A DNA stretch of 64,000 nt from Candidatus Paceibacter sp. (GCA_020724865.1 DYGA01000001.1:196624-260623), one strand, 5' to 3'. Positions 37,008 to 46,749 are shown, counted from the first letter of the stretch. The notes: generated by a model not told the origin, from the sequence alone. Numbers and translations: made by a program.

Positions 37008-37082
37008 TGGTGCCGAGGGGCAGAATTGAACTGCCGACGCAAGGATTTTCAGTCCTTCGCTCTACCACTGAGCTACCTCGGC
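37008..37082 (-). tRNA. tRNA-Phe (anticodon GAA), with encoded CCA.
   Basis: The acceptor GCCGAGG pairs with CCTCGGC. The D-arm is TAGCTCAGTGGTAGAGC. The anticodon stem AAGGA/TCCTT carries the loop CTGAAAA. Confidence 0.85.
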
Positions 37083-37100
37083 TTAATTTATTTTAATAAA

Positions 37101-37177
37101 TGGTGGGCATGCCTGGAGTTGAACCAGGGACCTCGTCATTATCAGTGACGCGCTCTAACCAACTGAGCTACATGCCC
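37101..37177 (-). tRNA. tRNA-Ile (anticodon GAT), with encoded CCA.
   Basis: The acceptor GGGCATG pairs with CATGCCC. The anticodon stem CGTCA/TGACG carries the loop CTGATAA. Confidence 0.85.
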
Positions 37178-37320
37178 CAAAAATAATTATTATTAAAATT
37201 CAGAGTATAAAATACCAAATTATATAATTTTTGACAAGCCAAAAAGTTTTATAAATTGTTTATAAATATATTAGCCAAATAATAAAAATTTTGATAATTT
37301 AGTAAAAGAAAGGTAAATTT

Positions 37321-38283
37321 ATGATTATATTTATTTATGGCACTGATAGTTGGCGCGCTCATCATAAAGTCATTGAATTGAAAAATAAATTTAAACAAAA
37401 AATTGATAGTAGTGGTTCAAGTATCGTGATGATTAACGGTGAAGATTTTGATATTGCTTCTTTTCGACAAAATCTATTATCCCAATCTTTATTTAGTAAG
37501 GGACGTATGATATTAATTCGTGATTTGTTAATCAAAAATCCCAAAAAAAAATTACAAGAGGAAATTATCGAAGTTTTAAAAAAGTCAGACAATCATACCA
37601 TATTATGGTGGGAATATATAACTTCTCCTGATATTTTCAAGAAAGTTAAAACTAGTTTATTATTTAAATATCTAAAGCAGCAAAAATTTGTTCAAGAGTA
37701 TAATAATTTAAAAGCTATACAATTGGAAAAATGGGTGCAAAGTAGGGTAAATGAACTAGAAGGAAAAATTGGCAATGTGGCTGTCAAAACTTTGTTGGCA
37801 CAAGTGGGTGACAATTTATGGCAACTAGATAATGAAATACAAAAATTAGTCTTATATTGTGGCGGTAGGGAAATTACCGTCAAAGATATAATTGAAATGG
37901 TGGAAACAAAGGTGGGTGGCGATGGTTGGGAATTTCTCTATTATTTGTCACAAAATAATAAAGCCAAAGCGCTGGAAATTTTAGAAGAACAGTTACTTTT
38001 AGGCACTGAAGCTTTAGAAATTTTTGGTCGAATTGTTTGGCAGTTCCGTATTTTGTTATTAGTCAAAGATACCTTAGAAGAAAAAACTTTTACCAGCAAT
38101 GAAATAGCCAATAAATTACAGTTACATCCCTATGTTGTACAGAAAACTTTACCAGTAATAAAAAACTTTTCTTTATCTAGGCTTAAAGAAATCTATAGTC
38201 AATTGTCAGAAATAGATTACAAAATAAAAACCGGAGCTTTAGATCCAGTGGTAATGTTAAATATGTTTATTATTGATTTGTAA
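37321..38283 (+). CDS. holA: DNA polymerase III delta subunit.
   Basis: The N-terminus IIFIYGTDSWRAHHKVIELKNKF resembles the delta pattern (iyllyGee.fl.ee). The length and the C-terminal helical domain (LDNEIQKL) also fit. Confidence 0.6.
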   Translation: MIIFIYGTDSWRAHHKVIELKNKFKQKIDSSGSSIVMINGEDFDIASFRQNLLSQSLFSKGRMILIRDLLIKNPKKKLQEEIIEVLKKSDNHTILWWEYITSPDIFKKVKTSLLFKYLKQQKFVQEYNNLKAIQLEKWVQSRVNELEGKIGNVAVKTLLAQVGDNLWQLDNEIQKLVLYCGGREITVKDIIEMVETKVGGDGWEFLYYLSQNNKAKALEILEEQLLLGTEALEIFGRIVWQFRILLLVKDTLEEKTFTSNEIANKLQLHPYVVQKTLPVIKNFSLSRLKEIYSQLSEIDYKIKTGALDPVVMLNMFIIDL

Positions 38284-38295
38284 AATATTTAAGTT

Positions 38296-38325
38296 AAAAA
38301 TCCGCCGTAACGGCGGATTTTTTTA
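38296..38325. terminator. Bidirectional terminator between holA and rpsT.
   Basis: The stem ATCCGCCG/CGGCGGAT with loop TAA is flanked by A5 and T7. Confidence 0.7.
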
Positions 38326-38592
38326 GACTTTATTTTGTTTATTTATTTTTTTTAGCAAGCGAGATTTTTTTCTGGCAGCATTATTTTTTTTAATAATTTT
38401 ATTTTTAGCTGCTTTATCAATTAGAGATTGGGCATTTTTTACCAGTTCTTCAAGTTTTGTTTTATCATTTGCGGTGATTGCTTTATCAATTTTTTTCAGT
38501 AATGATTTAATATTACTTTTAACCCGATTATTTCTTTGGGCGTTTTTTTTAGATTTCCGTAAATCTTTAGCAGCTGATTTTGTATTGGGCAT
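38323..38592 (-). CDS. rpsT: 30S ribosomal protein S20.
   Basis: The N-terminus MPNTKSAAKDLRKSKKNAQRNNRVKSNIKS is the typical S20 N-terminus. It is 89 aa, basic and helical. Confidence 0.85.
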   Translation of the reverse strand: MPNTKSAAKDLRKSKKNAQRNNRVKSNIKSLLKKIDKAITANDKTKLEELVKNAQSLIDKAAKNKIIKKNNAARKKSRLLKKINKQNKV

Positions 38593-38663
38593 AGTGATAG
38601 AAAATTAATAACTGATTAAGTAGACGTATCATAACAATTTAGACAAAATAAATCAAGCCTGAA

Positions 38664-39827
38664 TTATAATAATTTATTCATATCTGCTTTAACAAAAAAT
38701 TGGTTAATTTTTGATAAAAGTTTAGCCGTCGGTATAAAATAATTTTGTGTAAAAAAATTTTTGGATAAAGAGCCAAGATCAACTGCTGCATTTAGATCAA
38801 AATCACCAATGGCTGTCCGAGTTAAATTGGTCATAATAGCGCCAGTATCAAGTTTTTTCCCTATATCATGGATTAAACTTCGGACATATGTTCCTGAGCT
38901 ACAGGAAATTTGCAATTTTAATTTAGGCCATGAGTATGAAATTATTTGTAATTGATGAATATATATATTTTGTTCAGTCAACTGTACATTTAATTTTTTT
39001 CTCGCCAGTTCATAAGCTTTTTGACCATTTATTTTTTTAGCAGAAAAAATAGGTGGGATTTGTTTTTGCTGGCCAATAAATTCTGCTAAAGTTTTTTTGA
39101 TTGTAGGTAAGTAAATTTTTTTTGTGGGGATGTTGGTAATAGCGCCTTCAAAATCATAAGTGTCAGAAATTTTACCAAATTCCATTTCTGCCAAATAGGT
39201 TTTGGGGAAATAGCGCCACCAACTAAGTAATTTTGTGGCAGCGTTTATGCCTACTACCAATAGACCAGTGGCTAACGGATCGAGTGTACCGGCATGTCCA
39301 ACTTTTTTGGTTTGAGCAATGTTGCGTATTTTATTAACTACATCATGAGAAGTTATGCCTTTGGGTTTATTGATCAACAAAAAACCAGTTTGTTGATTTT
39401 CTAAAGCCGGTCGAATTTTGGAAGATTTAAAAAAATCTGCCTGCCAGGGCTTTGCCCTTAAGATTGTAGGCTTTAGATTTATTTTTTTCAGCTCTTGCGG
39501 CAGTTTCTCAGTAAATATTTTCTGATCGTAACCCAATAGAATTACATCTGGCTTAATGTTAGTAAAAATTTTGTAAGGATTATCAAGATTTCCTAGTATA
39601 ACTCTGTCTATTTCCGAGTATAATCGTAAATGTTTTACTCGTTCTTTTTCTCCAAAGAATGGCTTTTGACCTTTGTATTTTTTTATTGTTTTATCTCTGG
39701 CTACTACAGCTGTTACTTTTCCCAAAGCAGCTGCTTGTTTGAATAAAAAAATATGTCCGGGATGAATAATATCAAAAGCGCCAAAAATTATTACGGAAGT
39801 TGATTGTTTGTTTTCTAGTTTGTTCAT
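38664..39827 (-). CDS. truB: Fusion protein: an N-terminal HIGH-motif cytidylyltransferase-like nucleotidyltransferase domain (FMN adenylyltransferase / RibL-like) joined to a C-terminal tRNA pseudouridine-55 synthase TruB.
   Basis: Residues ~10-130 read VIIFGAFDIIHPGHIFLFKQAAALG ... and carry the HxGH nucleotidyltransferase signature. Residues ~150-387 read GFLLINKPKGITSHDVVNKIRNI ... VGHAGTLDPLATGLLVVGINAATK, which is the TruB catalytic-Asp motif. Confidence 0.75.
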   Translation of the reverse strand: MNKLENKQSTSVIIFGAFDIIHPGHIFLFKQAAALGKVTAVVARDKTIKKYKGQKPFFGEKERVKHLRLYSEIDRVILGNLDNPYKIFTNIKPDVILLGYDQKIFTEKLPQELKKINLKPTILRAKPWQADFFKSSKIRPALENQQTGFLLINKPKGITSHDVVNKIRNIAQTKKVGHAGTLDPLATGLLVVGINAATKLLSWWRYFPKTYLAEMEFGKISDTYDFEGAITNIPTKKIYLPTIKKTLAEFIGQQKQIPPIFSAKKINGQKAYELARKKLNVQLTEQNIYIHQLQIISYSWPKLKLQISCSSGTYVRSLIHDIGKKLDTGAIMTNLTRTAIGDFDLNAAVDLGSLSKNFFTQNYFIPTAKLLSKINQFFVKADMNKLL

Positions 39828-39914
39828 AAATAATACTGTAGTTGCACAGTCAATCAGGCTTGCTTATAATAGAGAAGTGTTAGCTAATTAATATAGTACT
39901 AAGGAGACAATCTT

Positions 39915-40772
39915 ATGTCCAATTCAATTCTAGTTGATGGTAAAAAAATTGCCGCTCGATTGCAAAATGATTTAAAAAATAATTTGCTTGAGTTAAATTT
40001 TTCCGAACCAATAAAATTGGCAGTTATTTTGGTAGGTGATGACCCAGCGTCTCAAATTTATGCCAATAAAAAGAAAATTATTGCCAAAGATTTAGGTATT
40101 ATTTGTGATGTTTATGAGTTATCAAAAGATTCTACAGCCAAAGAGGTGATAGATAAGATAAATTTTTTACAACAAGATAAAAATTTATATGGTTTGATTG
40201 TTCAACTGCCATTGCCAGACAATTTGTGGTCACAAACCCGTTTAATAACTGATCATATTCGTCCAGAACTTGATGTGGACTGTTTATCACATTTTTCTTT
40301 GGGTAAAATTTTGATGAATGAATTATATTTTGTGCCGCCGATTATAGGTGCAGTTAGAGAAATTTTAAATGAATATAAAATTGAATTAGAAGGCAAACAT
40401 GTTTGTTTAGTTGGGCGAGGTGAATTAATTGGTCGGCCGTTAGCTGCTTATTTTTTAAATTTACCCGTAACTTTAAGCGTTTGCGGCAAAAGCACAAAAA
40501 AATTGTCTGATATTACAAAACAAGCTGATATATTGATTTCAGGCGTGGGTAAACCAAATTTAATTAATGCCGATATGGTTAAATCTGGGGCAGTAGTAAT
40601 TGATTTGGCGACTACTTATAATCAAGGTAAAGTTCAGGGAGATATTGATTTTAATTCGGTTAAAACCAAAGCTTCACTGTTGACTCCCGTACCCGGCGGG
40701 ATAGGGCCAATTACAGTCATAAAATTGATGGAAAATATAGTATTTGCAGTAAGAAATAAAAAAAGTACTTAA
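39915..40772 (+). CDS. folD: Bifunctional methylenetetrahydrofolate dehydrogenase / methenyl-THF cyclohydrolase.
   Basis: The N-terminus ILVDGKKIAARLQNDLK, the NAD(P) site VCLVGRGELIGRPLA and the sequence TPVPGGIGPITV are all present. Confidence 0.85.
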   Translation: MSNSILVDGKKIAARLQNDLKNNLLELNFSEPIKLAVILVGDDPASQIYANKKKIIAKDLGIICDVYELSKDSTAKEVIDKINFLQQDKNLYGLIVQLPLPDNLWSQTRLITDHIRPELDVDCLSHFSLGKILMNELYFVPPIIGAVREILNEYKIELEGKHVCLVGRGELIGRPLAAYFLNLPVTLSVCGKSTKKLSDITKQADILISGVGKPNLINADMVKSGAVVIDLATTYNQGKVQGDIDFNSVKTKASLLTPVPGGIGPITVIKLMENIVFAVRNKKST

Positions 40773-42757
40773 AGTACTTTTTTTAGTTTTTTAATGTTTT
40801 TGATTTCTTCGATTTGGTCTCGATATTTAGCCGCTTTTTCAAATTCTAAATTTTGGGCGGCTAAATTCATTTGCTCTTCCAATTGAGAAAGTAAATATTT
40901 TATTTCTTCTTTGGGTAGTTTTGTAAAATCTATTTTTGGCACAGTGCTATCTTGATGGTTTAGACCAGCTAACATTGTTTGTTTTATTTTCTTTTGAATT
41001 GATTGTGGAGTGATGTGATGTTTTTTGTTGTAAGCTTGTTGAATTTGACGGCGACGGGTTGTTTCTTCAATTGCTGTTTGCATAGATTTAGTGATTTTGT
41101 CAGCGTACATAATAACTTGACCGTCAATATGTCTAGCCGCTCTGCCTATAGTTTGAATTAAAGTAACGTCACTGCGTAAAAATCCTTCTTTATCAGCATC
41201 TAAAATGGCAACTAGTGATACTTCTGGTAAATCCAAGCCTTCTCGCAATAAATTAATGCCCACTAAAACATCTACCTCGCCTCGCCGGAGAGATTGTAAT
41301 ATCTCTATTCTTTCCAAAGTATCTACTTCAGAGTGGATATATTTGGTTTTGATATTCATTTCCAATAAATGTTCAGCCAATTCTTCAGCTAATCGTTTAG
41401 TCAACGTTGTTACTAAAACCCTTTGTTTTTTCTTAATTCTTATTTTTATTTGTTTTATTAGATCAGTGATTTGATCCTTAGTTGGTTTAATGAAAATTTC
41501 GGGATCAAGTAAACCAGTTGGTCTAATTAATTGTTCAACAACTTGTTGGGAGTTATTGAGTTCATATTGATTAGGCGTAGCAGACACATAAATAATTTGA
41601 TTTATTTTTTTGGTAAATTCAGCAAATTTTAATGGTCGATTATCAAAAGCTGCCGGCAATCTAAAACCAAACTCTACCAATGTTTGTTTACGTGATTTAT
41701 CGCCTTCATACATACTTCTAATTTGGGGGATAGTTATGTGCGATTCATCAATAAATAATAGATAGTCTTTGGGGAAATAGTCGATTAGTGTATAAGGCGG
41801 TTGTCCGGGTAAACGACCGTCGAAATAGCGAGAATAATTTTCAATGCCATTACAATAACCAACTGTTTCCATCATTTCTAAATCAAAACTAACTCTTTGT
41901 TCTAGTCTTTGTCCTTCCAGAAGTTTATTTTGTTTTTTAAAAATTTGTAATTGTTTGGTTAAATCTTGACGAATTTGACTGGTTACCTTTTTCATTTTTT
42001 CTGGCGGTGCTACATAATGGGTGGCGGGATAAATTTCAATACTAGAAAAGTTGTTTAATGTTTTTTTTGTCAGCCAATCAATTTCTTCAATTTTTTCTAG
42101 TGTGTTGCCAAAAAATTTAAGTCTAAAAAATTTATCTAAAGCAAAAGAAGGATAAATCTCAATTATTTCTCCTCTAACTGTATAACTATTTCTTTTAAGT
42201 TCTTGGTCATTGCGCGTATAACGCATGTCATGCAGAGACTGTAAAATTTCTTTGCGTTTGTAATTTTTTTTAATTTCCAGTGGCAGTTTAATTTCTGCAT
42301 ATTCCCTAGGATTGCCAAGGCCATAAATACAACTTACCGAAGCAACAATAATGACATCACGACGCATCATAAGAGCAGTGGTAGAAGCATGTCGTAGTCT
42401 GTCTATTTCTTCATTTATTTGAGTTTCTTTTTCAATATATGTATCAGATCGGGGGATATATGCTTCCGGTTGGTAATAGTCATAATAAGATACAAAGTAA
42501 TGAACAGCATTATGAGGAAAAAAATCTTGGAATTCACTGGCCAGTTGGGCAGCCAGAGTTTTGTTGTGAGAGATTATTAAGGTTGGTCTATTGCTCTGAG
42601 CAATAACATTAGCCATGGTAAAAGTTTTACCCGAACCGGTTACTCCTAATAAAGTTTGAGCAGAATATTTTTTATGCAAACCGTCAAGTAATTGTTTGAT
42701 TGCCTTGGGCTGATCGCCAGTTGGTTTGAATTTTGCTGTTAATTTAAATTTATTCAT
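40769..42757 (-). CDS. uvrB: Excinuclease ABC subunit B.
   Basis: The Walker A sequence LLGVTGSGKTFTMANVI, helicase motifs and a C-terminal UVR domain (EEQMNLAAQNLEFEKAAKYRDQIEEIK) are present. Confidence 0.9.
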   Translation of the reverse strand: MNKFKLTAKFKPTGDQPKAIKQLLDGLHKKYSAQTLLGVTGSGKTFTMANVIAQSNRPTLIISHNKTLAAQLASEFQDFFPHNAVHYFVSYYDYYQPEAYIPRSDTYIEKETQINEEIDRLRHASTTALMMRRDVIIVASVSCIYGLGNPREYAEIKLPLEIKKNYKRKEILQSLHDMRYTRNDQELKRNSYTVRGEIIEIYPSFALDKFFRLKFFGNTLEKIEEIDWLTKKTLNNFSSIEIYPATHYVAPPEKMKKVTSQIRQDLTKQLQIFKKQNKLLEGQRLEQRVSFDLEMMETVGYCNGIENYSRYFDGRLPGQPPYTLIDYFPKDYLLFIDESHITIPQIRSMYEGDKSRKQTLVEFGFRLPAAFDNRPLKFAEFTKKINQIIYVSATPNQYELNNSQQVVEQLIRPTGLLDPEIFIKPTKDQITDLIKQIKIRIKKKQRVLVTTLTKRLAEELAEHLLEMNIKTKYIHSEVDTLERIEILQSLRRGEVDVLVGINLLREGLDLPEVSLVAILDADKEGFLRSDVTLIQTIGRAARHIDGQVIMYADKITKSMQTAIEETTRRRQIQQAYNKKHHITPQSIQKKIKQTMLAGLNHQDSTVPKIDFTKLPKEEIKYLLSQLEEQMNLAAQNLEFEKAAKYRDQIEEIKNIKKLKKVL

Positions 42758-42941
42758 TTAATTTATTGTCTTATTTAAACAGTATAATAATCTTTTGTAA
42801 AATAAAAAAGACTTGAAAAAATTGCCATATTTATCAAGGTGAAATAACTGTCAAAATATTATATACTTAATAATAGCTAAATAATTCTGCTTAATTTTAT
42901 ATAATTAACTAGTTAATTGAACAAATACTTAAAATGAATAT

Positions 42942-43502
42942 ATGATTTCTTATTTACAGGGGAAAGTCAAAAGAATAGGCGAAAGGACTTTAACTGTTTT
43001 GGTGGGCGGTGTTGGTTATGAAGTTTATGTTACCAATGATATTTTGACCAAAACAAATATTGGTTCAGAAATTGAATTATTTGTATATACTGCAATTCGC
43101 GAAGATGCTATGGATTTGTTTGGTTTTCAGGATGAAAGTAAATATTATTTTTTTAAATTACTTATAACAATTTCCGGTATTGGGCCAAAATCAGCTTTAA
43201 ATATTTTGGAAACGGCTGGTCCTGATGATATTAGACAGGCGGTATTAAATGATGATCCTGGATTTTTACAAAAGGTAAATGGTATTGGTAAGAAAACCGC
43301 AGAAAGAATTGTTGTGGAATTGAAATCAAAAATCGGAGCAGGAATAATTAGCAGTGAGCGTGGTGCTAGTAATGAAGTGATTGAAGCTTTAGAAAGTTTA
43401 GGTTATAGAGCTAGTGAAATTAGGCAAGCTTTAAAAAATGTTGATGCTGATTTAAGTACGGAACAAAAAGTTTCACAAATTCTTAAATTACTTGGTAAAT
43501 AA
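42942..43502 (+). CDS. ruvA: Holliday junction branch migration protein RuvA.
   Basis: The N-terminus MISYLQGKV is followed by an OB fold, two HhH motifs (ISGIGPKSALNIL, VNGIGKKTAERIV) and a C-terminal domain III. No ruvB follows. Confidence 0.85.
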   Translation: MISYLQGKVKRIGERTLTVLVGGVGYEVYVTNDILTKTNIGSEIELFVYTAIREDAMDLFGFQDESKYYFFKLLITISGIGPKSALNILETAGPDDIRQAVLNDDPGFLQKVNGIGKKTAERIVVELKSKIGAGIISSERGASNEVIEALESLGYRASEIRQALKNVDADLSTEQKVSQILKLLGK

Positions 43503-44564
43503 ATGGAAGTTAGAGAAATTAATTCACCAGCTGAACTGAATAATTTTATAGCCGCCAATTGGGGTGGTCAATTTTTACAAAGTTGGGATTGGGGAGATTT
43601 TCAAATTAGTCAAAATCATCAAGTTTGGCGTCTTGGTATTTACGAACAAAATGATTTGTTGGCTAGTGCTCAGGTTATTTTACATCCTTTACCTTTTAGC
43701 CATGCTTACTTATATATTCCCCACGGTCCAGTTTTTAAAAACAATTTATCTTTTTTGCAAAAAGAAAAAATTGTAAAGTTGTTTTTATCTAAAGCTCGTG
43801 ATATTACTATTGCCACCAATAAAAAATCGGAAATTTTTTTACGTTTGGAGCCAAGATTATCTGCAGTTGAATTGGGGAATTTTTTTTTCAATTTAGGTTT
43901 AAAAAAAACTTCAGCTGTTCAGCCTCAAGATACACAAATAATTGATTTAACTAAAACTTCAGAAGAAATTTTAGCCCAAATGCATCCCAAAACTAGGTAT
44001 AATATCAGATTGGCAAAAAAACACGGAGTAATAGTTAAAGACGCGGAAACAAAGAAAGATTTTGTAAATTTTATAAATTTACTTAGAGAAACCGCTAGGC
44101 GTGATGGCTTTAAAATTCATTCGGATAAATATTATCAAACTATGTGGGAAATGTTTCATAATACTGATATAGCTGATCAAAACAGCTTAACAATAAAATT
44201 ATTTTTAGCTGAATATAATCAGCAGGTTTTGGCTGGCGGTTTATTTTCATTTTTTGGTGATCGAGTAGTTTATTTGCATGGAGCTTCAACCACGTTACAC
44301 AAAGAAGTGATGGCTCCTTATTTATTACATTGGGAGTTGATGGAACTGGCAAAAAAATATGGTTACTACCAGTATGATTTATATGGGGTAAAACCCACGC
44401 AAAGAATTATCAATAAAAACGATCGGGAAAACAATTGGGATGGTATAACTAGATTTAAGAAAGGTTTTGGTGGTAAAGAGGTAAATTATCTTGGGGCGTG
44501 GGATTGGATTTATGATAAAATATGGTACGGAGTTTATAAACTAGCAAAAAGTTTTTATGATTAA
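43503..44564 (+). CDS. FemAB-family aminoacyl-tRNA-dependent peptidoglycan bridge-forming transferase (FemX/MurM-like).
   Basis: The segments FLQSWDWGDFQ, KTRYNIRLAKKHGVIVK and GGLFSFFGDRVVYLHGAST fit the FemAB pattern. It is 353 aa. Confidence 0.6.
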   Translation: MEVREINSPAELNNFIAANWGGQFLQSWDWGDFQISQNHQVWRLGIYEQNDLLASAQVILHPLPFSHAYLYIPHGPVFKNNLSFLQKEKIVKLFLSKARDITIATNKKSEIFLRLEPRLSAVELGNFFFNLGLKKTSAVQPQDTQIIDLTKTSEEILAQMHPKTRYNIRLAKKHGVIVKDAETKKDFVNFINLLRETARRDGFKIHSDKYYQTMWEMFHNTDIADQNSLTIKLFLAEYNQQVLAGGLFSFFGDRVVYLHGASTTLHKEVMAPYLLHWELMELAKKYGYYQYDLYGVKPTQRIINKNDRENNWDGITRFKKGFGGKEVNYLGAWDWIYDKIWYGVYKLAKSFYD

Positions 44565-45315
44565 AAAGGTGGTTATTTTTGCGGCTGGTCGTGGTACTAG
44601 AATGAAAGATTTAGCCAGAACTCGCCCTAAACATTTGATTGAAGTTTTTGGCAAACCATTTTTGTTTTATTTGTTAACAAATTTAAAAGCAGTTGGTTTT
44701 CAGGAAGTAATAATGGTAACCGGTCATTTGTCACATCAGTTTGACGAATTTTTTTCAGTTTACCATGAGGAATTTCCAATTTTTTGTACTGTTAATCAAT
44801 TTGCCATTATGGGTGAAGAAAAATATGGCACCCTAATACCTTTACAGGCAGTTAAAAGTATAGTAGATAATGAACCATTTGTGGTGGTGATGGGGGATAA
44901 TTTATATTCTTTAGAGGATTTACAAGCTTTTGCTAATAGTGAAGATAATTATAATTATATTGGCGGTTTAAAAGTTGCTGATTCAAAAAATTATGGCACT
45001 TTGGTAGCTGGTTCAGATAATTTTTTGATAAGAATAGATGAAAAAGTGGCTAATCCTATATCTGATATTATTAATGCTGGGATATATAAGTTTAATCCGG
45101 ATATTTATTCTGTTGTTGAAAAAATTACTCCTACCCAAAATGGCGAATATCAAATTACAGATGCCATTTCATTATTAGCTCAAGAAAACAGTGTAAAAAT
45201 AAAATTATTACAAAATTATTGGCTTGATTTTGGCAGACCTGAAGATATAAAAAAAGTTGAAAAATTTATTCAAAGCAACAATTTATTTGCAACTTATGGA
45301 TTGGATGTTAATTAA
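44557..45315 (+). CDS. Sugar-phosphate nucleotidyltransferase (NTP_transferase family).
   Basis: The N-terminal motif KKVVIFAAGRGTRMKDL is the G-x-G-T-R signature of glucose-1-P nucleotidyltransferases. There is an 8-nt overlap with the FemAB-like gene. Confidence 0.65.
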   Translation: MIKKVVIFAAGRGTRMKDLARTRPKHLIEVFGKPFLFYLLTNLKAVGFQEVIMVTGHLSHQFDEFFSVYHEEFPIFCTVNQFAIMGEEKYGTLIPLQAVKSIVDNEPFVVVMGDNLYSLEDLQAFANSEDNYNYIGGLKVADSKNYGTLVAGSDNFLIRIDEKVANPISDIINAGIYKFNPDIYSVVEKITPTQNGEYQITDAISLLAQENSVKIKLLQNYWLDFGRPEDIKKVEKFIQSNNLFATYGLDVN

Positions 45316-45353
45316 TTTTGTTTACAGATTTTAAGTTGATTTTGTTGTTAATT

Positions 45354-45428
45354 GTCCCCGTAGTTCAATGGATAGAATGCGAGCTTCCGGAGCTCGAGAT
45401 ATGGGTTCGATTCCTATCGGGGACACCA
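45354..45428 (+). tRNA. tRNA-Arg (anticodon CCG), with encoded CCA.
   Basis: The acceptor GTCCCCG pairs with CGGGGAC. The anticodon stem CGAGC/GCTCG carries the loop TTCCGGA. The T-arm is GGGTTCGATTCC. Confidence 0.8.
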
Positions 45429-45495
45429 ATTGCATTAGAAAAAATATGACATTCAAAGAATAATAATCAATATAATAATAAATCGTAATAATATA

Positions 45496-46749
45496 ATGTT
45501 TAAGAAAAAATTGAAAAAAATTTTACCACCTCAGTTAATTAGTTATTATCATAAATTATTGGCGATATTAGCAAATATTATATATTTTTTTCCTTCGCGA
45601 AAAATGGTAGTAATTGGTGTAACCGGCACTAAAGGTAAATCCACTACTGCCAATATGATTTGGCAAATTTTAAATCAAGCCGGTTTTAAAACTGGTTTAA
45701 TCACCACTGCTAATTTTCGTATTAATGATAAAGAGTGGATTAATAATACAAAGATGACTATGCCAGGCAGATTGCAGTTGCAAAAATTATTAAAACGGAT
45801 GGTAAAAGCTGGCTGTCAATATGCAATCGTAGAAACATCGTCTGAAGGTATAAAGCAATTTCGCCACTGGGGCATAAAATATCAAATTGCTGTTTTTACT
45901 AATTTAAGTCCAGAACATATTGAAGCTCATGGCAGTTTTGAAAATTATCGAGCGGCCAAAGGCGAGCTATTTAAAAGTTTACGCGGGCTTCGTATTAGCA
46001 TATTAAATAAAGACGATGCCAATTTTTCTTATTATAAAAATATTCCTGCCAGTTTGTATATTTATTATGGCCTGCAAGAAGAGGCTGACTATTTTCCTAC
46101 AAATTTACAACCCACTGCAGAGGGTTTTCAGTTTGCAGTAAAAGGGCATCTCTTTAATTTAAATTTGCCAGGCATTTTTAATGTTTATAATGCTATGGCG
46201 GCAATAGCTACTGCCAAAGCTTTGCAAATTAAATGGCAAGATATCATTAAGGGGTTGCAGGACTTTAAATATATGCCTGGTCGAATGGAAAAAATAATTT
46301 CACGTAAAGGTTTTGTGGTATATGTCGACTATGCCCACACGCCAGAAAGTTTGGAATTAGTTTATAAAACTTTGCAACCCAAAGCCAAAAGGTTGATAGC
46401 GGTATTGGGTTCTTGCGGTGGTGGTAGAGATAAAGCTAAACGACCAATCTTAGGTAAATTGGCCGCCAGTTATGCTCAAGTAGTTATTATTACCAATGAA
46501 GATCCTTACGATGAGGATCCTAAAGCTATAATTGAAGATGTTTTTGCAGGCACCATGAGTTTCCCCAGTGTTGAAGTTTATAAAATTGAAGATCGTAGGC
46601 AGGCAATAAAACAAGCTGTGCGAATTGCTGAAGTTGGTGATATTGTAGTTATAACTGGTAAAGGTAGTGAACAGGCAATAGTAACAAAAAATGGTAAAAT
46701 ACCTTGGGATGATAGAACTGTAGTTAGAGAATGTTTAGAAGAATTATAG
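45496..46749 (+). CDS. murE: Mur ligase family protein, MurE-like (UDP-MurNAc-tripeptide synthetase), with a very short N-terminal domain.
   Basis: The P-loop VVIGVTGTKGKSTTANMI, the motif VDYAHTPESLE and the C-terminal motifs ITNEDPYDEDP and VVITGKGSEQ are present. Only about 35 aa precede the P-loop. Confidence 0.65.
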   Translation: MFKKKLKKILPPQLISYYHKLLAILANIIYFFPSRKMVVIGVTGTKGKSTTANMIWQILNQAGFKTGLITTANFRINDKEWINNTKMTMPGRLQLQKLLKRMVKAGCQYAIVETSSEGIKQFRHWGIKYQIAVFTNLSPEHIEAHGSFENYRAAKGELFKSLRGLRISILNKDDANFSYYKNIPASLYIYYGLQEEADYFPTNLQPTAEGFQFAVKGHLFNLNLPGIFNVYNAMAAIATAKALQIKWQDIIKGLQDFKYMPGRMEKIISRKGFVVYVDYAHTPESLELVYKTLQPKAKRLIAVLGSCGGGRDKAKRPILGKLAASYAQVVIITNEDPYDEDPKAIIEDVFAGTMSFPSVEVYKIEDRRQAIKQAVRIAEVGDIVVITGKGSEQAIVTKNGKIPWDDRTVVRECLEEL

